Origin: a virus
Lineage: Duplodnaviria; Heunggongvirae; Uroviricota; Caudoviricetes
Length of the DNA: 64,000 nt
IMG/VR virus record: IMGVR_UViG_3300037418_003103
Direction: 5' to 3' (one strand)
The notes beneath the pieces are model-generated. The model saw nothing but the letters and a program-made list of their open reading frames with translations, had not been told where the DNA came from and ran no database searches. Positions 9,792-16,184 of this stretch are shown here, piece by piece (the first letter of the stretch is position 1; each line of letters opens with the position of its first letter). The position numbers and the translations under genes were made by a program.

Positions 9792-9857
9792 AACTTTTTA
9801 ATTTAAGTTTATTTTTGCAAATATAAATTTAAAAAGTTAATAATCCAAATTTATCAA

Positions 9858-10214
9858 TCACAAATATCTAATACATAAATAGTTGATTGTTATATGAAGG
9901 ATATTATCAACAATAATTAAAAGCCAGAATGATAAGAAGGGAGGTGCTGATTCAGGGAATCCAGTCGATGTAAAACACCAATTTTTATACTGACAAACAT
10001 ACTTTGCAAGTCTGAATTTATCAATCAAAAAATGTGTTGAGAAGATCACTGCAAGAGCCATGGGCGACGCTATGAAAACAAACGGAATCGCATATAGAAC
10101 GCAATGGACCAGGCAAGCAAGCCATCCTTCCTTAGTAAAGATAACCTTCTTATTGGCCATCCAATTGTTTTGGGTTATATAATCACCCCAGGCATGAAAA
10201 AGTAGTTGTAACAT
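9858..10214 (-). CDS. DUF3307-like membrane protein
   Basis: H..GDY..Q..WMA..K, H..Y, THFLID, DN..H. Confidence 0.7.
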   Translation of the reverse strand: MLQLLFHAWGDYITQNNWMANKKVIFTKEGWLACLVHCVLYAIPFVFIASPMALAVIFSTHFLIDKFRLAKYVCQYKNWCFTSTGFPESAPPFLSFWLLIIVDNILHITINYLCIRYL

Positions 10215-10253
10215 GCCGTTAATATAACCTTACAAAATAAAAAGTAAACTTTG

Positions 10254-10871
10254 TTACCTTAAATAGACATCACCTAGGACCCTTATTTCACCAAGATAAG
10301 TATCAACGCCAGGCAGTATCGGTGTGTTTGATGCGATTCTATTCTTGTCTATTTCTATGACACCTATATCCTTATTCTTAATATTTTCTTCATGAAATAT
10401 AACTAATCCATGGAAAGCCCTGTCATTAAATTTTGATGAGTTTCTGCTAAGTCTGAGCGCCATTAATGCAGCGTAGTCTGGACGTTTATAAACATCAATA
10501 GTTCTCATGTACTCGGTTAAAACAAAATCTCTACGTTCAGAGTCTTGTATTGTGTTTAAAACACTTATAACCTCATTTTCAGTATTTGATCCATTTATTC
10601 TATTCAATAAATTTAATTCATCATAGATAGCCTCAGCTATTTTCCTGTTTGTTACAAAGGATACACCCATAGATTCAGTACCGCCTAAACCACCTGAGTC
10701 CAACCCTGATTTGGCCAGTAAAACACCACTACTAATAACTTTATGATAATTGGTTGTAACATGATATAAAATTAGAGGTAGGGTTTCTATATTAATCTCG
10801 CTTCTACCATGTACAGATTGTTCGCTTAATAAGTTGCGTAGAGACATGGCCAGAGCTTTTTTAATATCCAT
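10254..10871 (-). CDS. hypothetical protein, possible ART-like fold
   Basis: LYHVT, GVSFV, C-terminal EIRV. Confidence 0.5.
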   Translation of the reverse strand: MDIKKALAMSLRNLLSEQSVHGRSEINIETLPLILYHVTTNYHKVISSGVLLAKSGLDSGGLGGTESMGVSFVTNRKIAEAIYDELNLLNRINGSNTENEVISVLNTIQDSERRDFVLTEYMRTIDVYKRPDYAALMALRLSRNSSKFNDRAFHGLVIFHEENIKNKDIGVIEIDKNRIASNTPILPGVDTYLGEIRVLGDVYLR

Positions 10872-10906
10872 ATAAAAGGAGTTTTCTTAATTATAAATAT
10901 CTAAAA

Positions 10907-11470
10907 TTACACTTTGGCCAGGGAGTGATTACTTATTAAGTAATGACTACCAAATAGAAGTGCAGAAAATACAAGTGTTGATATAAGACTCCATGGATAG
11001 AATGGAAGTCCATCAGCATAACACATCATAAGACCACCCAGTGTTTTTGGTCTACCAAGACCTGCCAGCGGTGAAGTGCTAAGCCAAACTAAGAAGTTAG
11101 AAATAATAAAATAAGTGGTGGGAGCTGCGATAGAGGCAAAAAGTATTCTCTTTACATTAATACCTTTAATAAAGAAGCCAAATACGCACATTGCAGCAAA
11201 TAATAGATAATTGGTTGCTTGGCCCTCATAAAATCCTGGTGTACTACCAATTCCGTTTATAAAAAGCAACTGATACAAGGTATCAGAAATAAACATTGAA
11301 AGAAGTGGTAGGATAAAGGAAAATTTTTTATCTTCTACAATATAACCAGCAAAAATAGCAATCGCTATTTGTGGAGCAAAGCCAAAAGGCCTAGATGGAA
11401 TTATCCTGTATAGTGAGGCAACAAGTATGAGAAGAAGTAGGTTATATACTACTGATTTAGTTGTGTTCAT
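10907..11470 (-). CDS. multi-pass membrane protein, DUF6580/ECF S-component-like
   Basis: R.IP..P..FAP, LPLLSMFISD, FIISNF.VW, CY..GLPF. Confidence 0.6.
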   Translation of the reverse strand: MNTTKSVVYNLLLLILVASLYRIIPSRPFGFAPQIAIAIFAGYIVEDKKFSFILPLLSMFISDTLYQLLFINGIGSTPGFYEGQATNYLLFAAMCVFGFFIKGINVKRILFASIAAPTTYFIISNFLVWLSTSPLAGLGRPKTLGGLMMCYADGLPFYPWSLISTLVFSALLFGSHYLISNHSLAKV

Positions 11471-11553
11471 AATTTAAGACAAATTTACTATAAATCTCTA
11501 GATAGTCAAGTTGATTAAAATATTATTTCTTATCTCAAAAACAATATCGAAAG

Positions 11554-11590
11554 TGGTGTGAGGTGGTCTCGAACCACCGACGACTGGATT
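11554..11590 (-). pseudogene. 3' half of an interrupted tRNA (Phe-like)
   Basis: AA TCCAG TCGTC GGTGG TTCGAGA CCACC TCACACC A: intact T arm and acceptor 3' strand. Confidence 0.75.
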
Positions 11591-12195
11591 TATTTCCTTG
11601 CCTGTTTAGAACAAAAAGTGTCAGTTTGACTATGACAATTAGGGCATAGTATTCTTAAATTACTTACTCTATTATCTGCCCTATCACCATTTATATGGTC
11701 TAATTGTAATACTAACGGTTTACCGTTCCAATTCGGTTCCTGTTGGCATTCATAACACTTATTTTCTAAAAATCCTTCCTCTAGGGCTCTTTTCTTAACT
11801 GTTTTAGTATTATTAGTTTTTGACGGAAAACTAAAAATATCATCTAATGTTAACCTCTTTTGGAAACCATTCTTGGTGCTACTAATACCAAAATCAAATT
11901 TAAGTTCACTCAAATTGATCTCGTATAAGCTAGCATATTTTTCAAGAGTCTGAAAATTACCTGATCTTATTTTAAGACCTAATTTCCTAAGTACCTCACT
12001 CTTTGAGTGACTGTTTTTAACAGCAATAACCAATAGTTGCTTCGTCCAATTAACAGTTTTTTTATACCCAATAGTTTTCAGCTCAAACTTCTTCAAGTAA
12101 TAGCGAACTGTTGAGGGCGATACGCCGAATTCTTTAGCTATTTCTCTTATTGATAGCTTTAGAGATACTAACTTAATTAATTTTTCTTTGTCCAC
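11590..12195 (-). CDS. HNH homing endonuclease with N-terminal HTH, inserted in a tRNA anticodon loop
   Basis: C..C, LQLDHINGD..DN..SNLRILCPNCH. Confidence 0.9.
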   Translation of the reverse strand: MDKEKLIKLVSLKLSIREIAKEFGVSPSTVRYYLKKFELKTIGYKKTVNWTKQLLVIAVKNSHSKSEVLRKLGLKIRSGNFQTLEKYASLYEINLSELKFDFGISSTKNGFQKRLTLDDIFSFPSKTNNTKTVKKRALEEGFLENKCYECQQEPNWNGKPLVLQLDHINGDRADNRVSNLRILCPNCHSQTDTFCSKQARK

Positions 12196-12255
12196 CTATA
12201 TAAATAGGCGGACACGCCATAATTATAACAAATTCCTATAAAGTATTAGAAAATA

Positions 12256-12288
12256 AATCCTTTACTATACCAACTGAGTTATCTATTC
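12256..12288 (-). pseudogene. degenerate 5' half of the interrupted tRNA
   Basis: GAATAGA TA ACTC AGTTGGTA TAGT A AAGGA TT; D-loop intact, acceptor strand no longer complementary. Confidence 0.55.
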
Positions 12289-12507
12289 TTTTTGGTTATC
12301 ATCTTCTTTATACTTAGTGTTTAAATAATGTAGATAGCCAATTTCTTCAGAAGTTAATTCACCAATAAAAAAACTATCTTTAAATTTTTCAGTATTAAAT
12401 ACGTGATATCTCACATTTTTATTCGAAAAGTATTCAACTTCAACAAGTTTGCCTAATTCAATTAATTCGTCTATAAAATATTCATACTGTTCTAAAGCTG
12501 TCATCAT
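12283..12507 (-). CDS. hypothetical protein
   Basis: Start moved to ATG 12507 because the longer ORF overlaps tRNA-Cys. Confidence 0.6.
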   Translation of the reverse strand: MMTALEQYEYFIDELIELGKLVEVEYFSNKNVRYHVFNTEKFKDSFFIGELTSEEIGYLHYLNTKYKEDDNQKE

Positions 12508-12525
12508 AATTTTAATTTTTATTTG

Positions 12526-12596
12526 AATTACATGAGAGATTCGAACTCCCGTGGTGTGGGTTGCAACCACACGCCTAACCACTCGGCCAATGTAAT
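12526..12596 (-). tRNA. tRNA-Cys(GCA)
   Basis: Full cloverleaf ATTACAT/ATGTAAT, U73. Confidence 0.9.
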
Positions 12597-12597
12597 A

Positions 12598-12807
12598 TTA
12601 AGCTTCTTTTATCATTCCAAGGATTTCTCTTGGAGATACAAGAGTACACTTCTCTTGTATCTCCTTTATTCTTCTCTTGGGAATATCGTAGTGATTCTTG
12701 TGAAACCAGCATTTTTTAATCCCAAGCAACTCACCCATTAAATGCAGGTTCTCTATTGAATACGGTATGCATATCAGATGTCTCTGTTTATCACAGAAGT
12801 ACTTCAT
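12598..12807 (-). CDS. DUF4031-like small protein
   Basis: WFH..HYDI; ATGA overlap with upstream stop. Confidence 0.55.
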   Translation of the reverse strand: MKYFCDKQRHLICIPYSIENLHLMGELLGIKKCWFHKNHYDIPKRRIKEIQEKCTLVSPREILGMIKEA

Positions 12808-13013
12808 TTCCATTGCTTCTTTCTGTTGTACTTCCATGTTCTATACTCCCCGTATTTCCATTTTAGAATCTCTTTATTTTTTCTTCTACCTCTTGAACGA
12901 TGGTATATAATACCTTCATCCCAGTAGGGTTCAGACATCCTATCATTGGTTACAATCTTGTATTCTTTCCTACAAGTTGTCTTTTGGCTCACTGAGCCTT
13001 TAAATGGTTTCAT
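12804..13013 (-). CDS. small basic protein, WKxNRKxQWK family (copy 1)
   Basis: C-terminal TWKYNRKKQWK. Confidence 0.7.
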   Translation of the reverse strand: MKPFKGSVSQKTTCRKEYKIVTNDRMSEPYWDEGIIYHRSRGRRKNKEILKWKYGEYRTWKYNRKKQWK

Positions 13014-13030
13014 CAATTAGATTTTTATAT

Positions 13031-13054
13031 CTAATGTTCTGTTACTCTTTTCAT
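13031..13054 (-). promoter_or_regulatory. uORF MKRVTEH* (TAG) with stop in hairpin 13016-13035
   Basis: ATG AAA AGA GTA ACA GAA CAT TAG; 7-bp stem, 6-nt loop; 17 nt to next ATG. Confidence 0.65.
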
Positions 13055-13100
13055 ATTATTTTTTTTTAACCAACAGTATTTAGTTGGCCAATTTTTAATT

Positions 13101-13451
13101 TTATACTATTCCAAATATTAGTAATTTTGCGGGCATTGCAGCAAAATAATCTGCATCATCCATTTTTGATACTGGCACTTCAAATCTTACTATTTCTGCA
13201 TTTATTTCTCCACAATTGATTAAAGTTTGATAATAGGCTACCCCTTTTCTTATCATTGTCAAAGTAGCTTGTGGGTTTTGCTTATAAAGAATTTTCTTTA
13301 TTTCATTTTTTTTGTCAATCTCTTTTTGAATCTTCCAATCATCGAAACCTGGAGGTGGTGGTACAAATCCGCGCATGTTATTTTTAATTTGTTTTTTACT
13401 TTTTTCAGACTGTTCCTCTGTTAAATTAGGAACTAATTCATTTGCTTCCAT
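13101..13451 (-). CDS. hypothetical protein
   Basis: 116-aa ORF. Confidence 0.65.
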   Translation of the reverse strand: MEANELVPNLTEEQSEKSKKQIKNNMRGFVPPPPGFDDWKIQKEIDKKNEIKKILYKQNPQATLTMIRKGVAYYQTLINCGEINAEIVRFEVPVSKMDDADYFAAMPAKLLIFGIV

Positions 13452-13621
13452 TGTGTTTTTCTATTTAATTTCCAATTGATTTTGTGCCTATTATATCTGC
13501 GATATCTATTACAGCCTCTATGAGGTCTACATCTATCACAACCTAATCTATTTCTCAACCAAATTATTCTAAAGGTTCTTGAATCTGTTACTTTTTCTAT
13601 TTCTTTTGTTTTGTATGACAT
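13433..13621 (-). CDS. small basic protein, WKxNRKxQWK family (copy 2, with CxxCxxHxxC)
   Basis: CDRCRPHRGCN; NWKLNRKTQWK. Confidence 0.7.
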   Translation of the reverse strand: MSYKTKEIEKVTDSRTFRIIWLRNRLGCDRCRPHRGCNRYRRYNRHKINWKLNRKTQWKQMN

Positions 13622-13638
13622 TCTGAATTGTTTTTAAT

Positions 13639-13665
13639 TCAGAAGAAGTCGTATTGTTTTTTCAT
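13639..13665 (-). promoter_or_regulatory. uORF MKKQYDFF* (TGA) with stop in hairpin 13621-13644
   Basis: Perfect 9-bp stem TTCTGAATT/AATTCAGAA, 6-nt loop; 17 nt to next ATG. Confidence 0.65.
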
Positions 13666-13684
13666 TTAATTTATATTTTACTTG

Positions 13685-13755
13685 TAGCACCACTAAGATT
13701 CGAACTTAGTCGTCGAAAATCAAAATTTCGCATGCTGCCGTTACATCATGGTGCA
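13685..13755 (-). tRNA. tRNA-Gln(TTG)
   Basis: Cloverleaf with U1-U72 mismatch; loop TT TTG AT. Confidence 0.9.
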
Positions 13756-14239
13756 ATTTTACTCCAAATTCTATTTTCCAGGTCCTTATAAAAGGGTTCA
13801 GGGATCTTTATTCCTCTTGACTCAAAATCCTCTACAATTTCCTGCTTCCTAAAAGTACCTTCAACTACACCATCACTCCAAAGGTTGACATGCAACCCCC
13901 AACTCTTCTTAGCTGTTATTACAGCCCTGGTTATGTTCGGATGGCGGGTAATAACCTCAAATATATCATTACTCTTAAATTCTCCATTATCAAATCTCTT
14001 AAAGGCTTCCTTTCCTGAGAATGAACCAGTTCCTTGTTTGAATCTGTAGTCCAGATTCAGATCACATCCACAAAAGATAAGTAACCCACTTCTATATGAC
14101 TTCAGAAAGAATGAGAACATTTCATTAAAGTTTTCTGAATACTTTCTTATCTTTCTATCTTTTCTTGAACCAATCAGTTTTTTTCTTTCTTCTCTATCCT
14201 GATTGGTTACATTGCGTCCAGCCGTTTCATAATGCTCAT
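13746..14239 (-). CDS. hypothetical protein, probably frameshifted near its start
   Basis: Frame of 13746..14120 stays open to ~14244; nearest ATG (14239) is 1 nt out of frame. Confidence 0.5.
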
Positions 14240-14253
14240 AATTTTAATTTGTC

Positions 14254-14514
14254 TTAGGGTATTATTCCAAGTGATTTTAATTCTTTTTCAATACCTCTTC
14301 CCTCCTTATTGGAGGCGGTACAAAAGCACTGTACCGCCTCAGCTACTGCGACCTCTACATCATCGTCATAAGCCGCAATTGTATTCAGTTTGAACAATGG
14401 TATGTCAACGTCCAAGTAACCCATTCTTTGAGTTGTAATTACTGGCGTTAGGACACTATAGCTCCTTCCAGGAAGATCCATTGTTATATTCATTACTTTA
14501 TTATCATTCTCCAT
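14254..14514 (-). CDS. hypothetical protein, HicB N-terminal-like
   Basis: IP...T.A.D..VE.AV.EAV pattern. Confidence 0.45.
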   Translation of the reverse strand: MENDNKVMNITMDLPGRSYSVLTPVITTQRMGYLDVDIPLFKLNTIAAYDDDVEVAVAEAVQCFCTASNKEGRGIEKELKSLGIIP

Positions 14515-14532
14515 ATTAATAATGTTTCATAA

Positions 14533-14774
14533 TAAATATTAGCAAACGGTGGCAGAGGATAGGCGTGCACTAACGCCTCGTTTTACGTCAAACTTTGCCT
14601 TGCTCAGGCTTGTGGATTCGAACCACAGTCTCCACCGCATATATAGGTGGCATCCTAACCGCTAGACCAAACCTGAATTTAAGATCTGACTAAAGCTTAG
14701 ACGCACACGTGGCTATGGTGGCTCTCCTTCGGCTGATTCAGCAAATTTTTGCTGACACCGTTTATTAATATTTA
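14533..14774 (-). ncRNA. putative ~240-nt structured RNA enclosing a tRNA-like domain
   Basis: 23-nt terminal arms 14752-14774 and 14533-14555 pair at 21/23 positions; internal helices. Confidence 0.6.
14603..14676 (-). tRNA. Glu/Asp-type tRNA body with 9-nt anticodon loop TATATATGC
   Basis: All four stems intact; anticodon not assignable. Confidence 0.7.
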
Positions 14775-14781
14775 AAGAACT

Positions 14782-14858
14782 TGGCGGTTTGGACGGGACT
14801 CGAACCCGTGACCTCCGCCGTGACAGGGCGGCATTCTAACCAACTGAACTACCAAACC
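14782..14858 (-). tRNA. tRNA-Asp(GTC)
   Basis: Canonical cloverleaf, G73, encoded CCA. Confidence 0.95.
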
Positions 14859-14903
14859 TTTTAATCGTTTTTAAAACACGCAGAACGATTCAAAACTGAC
14901 CTG

Positions 14904-14976
14904 AGTTCCCTGCTGGACTTGAACCAGCGACCAATCCCTATTACAGGACTGCTCTAACCAACTGAGCTAAGGGAGC
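14904..14976 (-). tRNA. atypical/pseudo tRNA with abnormal anticodon arm
   Basis: D and T arms canonical; GTCCT GTAATA GGGAT gives a 6-nt (or 8-nt) loop; C2-A71 mismatch. Confidence 0.6.
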
Positions 14977-14982
14977 GTTTTG

Positions 14983-15055
14983 TAGCACGAACGGGAATCG
15001 AACCCGTGACTTCTCCGTGAAAGGGAGACGTCTTAAACCCCTTGACCATCGCGCC
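14983..15055 (-). tRNA. tRNA-Glu(TTC)
   Basis: Canonical cloverleaf. Confidence 0.95.
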
Positions 15056-15067
15056 ATTAATATTTAG

Positions 15068-15141
15068 TAGTCCATGAAGGACTCGAACCCTCAACCTCCT
15101 GATCCGTTATCAGGTGCTCTATCCAGTTGAGCTAATGAACC
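15068..15141 (-). tRNA. tRNA-Arg(ACG) with A33
   Basis: CCTGA TA ACG GA TCAGG; A20 in D loop. Confidence 0.85.
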
Positions 15142-15152
15142 GTTTTTTTTTG

Positions 15153-15224
15153 AGCAGAATATTGGATTCGAACCACACATCCTGATTACAAATCAGGCGC
15201 TCTACCAGCTAAGCTATATTCTGC
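15153..15224 (-). tRNA. tRNA-Thr(TGT), 8/4 fold
   Basis: 8-bp acceptor GCAGAATA/TATTCTGC; T stem G.A + 3 bp; U73. Confidence 0.8.
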
Positions 15225-15231
15225 ATTTGTC

Positions 15232-15249
15232 GGAGACGTGGGGCTCGAA
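15232..15249. repeat. 18-bp direct repeat of 16022-16039 (tRNA-like 3' end)
   Basis: ggagacgtggggctcgaa at both sites, flanking the endonuclease gene. Confidence 0.9.
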
Positions 15250-15284
15250 ACATACTTTTCTTTAATTATTTGGTATTTATTAAT

Positions 15285-15959
15285 ATGAAGCCAAAATACA
15301 CTAATAAAGAATTTGAAGAAGCAACTTCAACCACAGAATTACCTTGCGAATGTTACCAATGTTCAAATACATTTCTTAAAATTAAAAAACATATAACTTT
15401 TGAACTTAAACACAATGTCGGTGAGTGTAAATTTTGCTCACAACAGTGTTTATCTAATTTTAAAAATAAGAAAATTAGTGTTAATTGTTCAAATTGTTCA
15501 AAGACCTTTAAAAAAAACAAACATAGAATGAAATTATCATTAAATCATTTCTGTTCACGCTCATGCTCCGCAACCTATAATAACATTCATAAAACTTACG
15601 GCACTAGAAGGTCAAAATTGGAATGTTGGTTAGAGCAACAACTCACCGCATTATACCCTACCATCCATTTTGATTTCAACAAGAAAACTATTATCAAGTC
15701 TGAGCTAGATATTTACATACCATCATTATCATTAGCATTTGAATTAAACGGTATCTTTCATTACGAACCCATATTCGGCATTAAAAAACTTAACCAAACA
15801 CAGAACAACGATATTTCCAAAAGTAAAGCTTGCTTTGACGCAAAAGTTGACCTTTGTATTATAGATGTTTCATCTCAAAATTATTTCAAAGAACCTTCCA
15901 GTATCAAATTTTTAGATATCATCCGAAAAATTATTGATGACCGCTTGTTAACATCTTAG
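15285..15959 (+). CDS. Zn-finger + PD-(D/E)XK (Vsr/DUF559-like) putative homing endonuclease
   Basis: CxxC and FCS..C repeats; RSKLE, ELDIYIP, AFELNGIFHY. Confidence 0.8.
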   Translation: MKPKYTNKEFEEATSTTELPCECYQCSNTFLKIKKHITFELKHNVGECKFCSQQCLSNFKNKKISVNCSNCSKTFKKNKHRMKLSLNHFCSRSCSATYNNIHKTYGTRRSKLECWLEQQLTALYPTIHFDFNKKTIIKSELDIYIPSLSLAFELNGIFHYEPIFGIKKLNQTQNNDISKSKACFDAKVDLCIIDVSSQNYFKEPSSIKFLDIIRKIIDDRLLTS

Positions 15960-16019
15960 CCGCTATAAAAATAACGTTACCAGCAAACACCTCTTGGCGG
16001 TGGGTTAACTTAGTTTGCC
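15947..16019 (-). ncRNA. HDV-like (theta) self-cleaving ribozyme
   Basis: P1 GGCAAAC/GTTTGCT (G.U at site), P2 GTTAAC/GTTAAC, P3 ACC/GGT, L3 GCCAAGA, P1.1 CC/GG, P4 CGTTAT/ATAGCG, J4/2 GCTAA. Confidence 0.75.
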
Positions 16020-16094
16020 TAGGAGACGTGGGGCTCGAACCCACCTGACCTGATACCCTTCCGACACGGTATAAGCGTGAGGGGATAGACTCCA
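16020..16094 (-). tRNA. D-armless tRNA-like RNA with Ile(TAT) anticodon loop
   Basis: CACG CT TAT AC CGTG; T arm GTGGG TTCGAGC CCCAC; acceptor GGAGTC/GTCTCC; A73. Confidence 0.6.
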
Positions 16095-16105
16095 ATTTTT
16101 AATAG

Positions 16106-16178
16106 AGCGAAGTGTCAGATTCGAACTGCATCCCCTGGTTGGAAGCCAAGTACTTTAAGCCATTAAGCTACACCTCGC
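16106..16178 (-). tRNA. tRNA-Gly(TCC), 8/4 fold
   Basis: 8-bp acceptor GCGAGGTG/CACTTCGC; T stem G.A + 3 bp; U73. Confidence 0.8.
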
Positions 16179-16184
16179 AATTTG

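Noticed and set aside
12508-12582. N-terminal extension of ORF 12283..12582
   Set aside because: Overlaps tRNA-Cys; the ATG at 12507 is the plausible start.
13621-13665. prfB-like frameshift or read-through fusing the uORFs to downstream genes
   Set aside because: For the TGA uORF, the downstream gene's frame is closed by TAA before its ATG and read-through stays out of frame; for the TAG uORF, read-through meets TAA two codons later.
14533-14774. tmRNA, Y RNA, or hammerhead/HDV ribozyme identity for the large RNA
   Set aside because: No G3.U70 acceptor or tag ORF, normal tRNA arm order, and catalytic cores could not be assembled.
15938-15960. 5' tRNA half (AGATGTTAACAAGCGGTC) pairing with the 15232 repeat
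   Set aside because: Poor acceptor pairing; the sequence is better explained as ribozyme P2' and endonuclease coding sequence.
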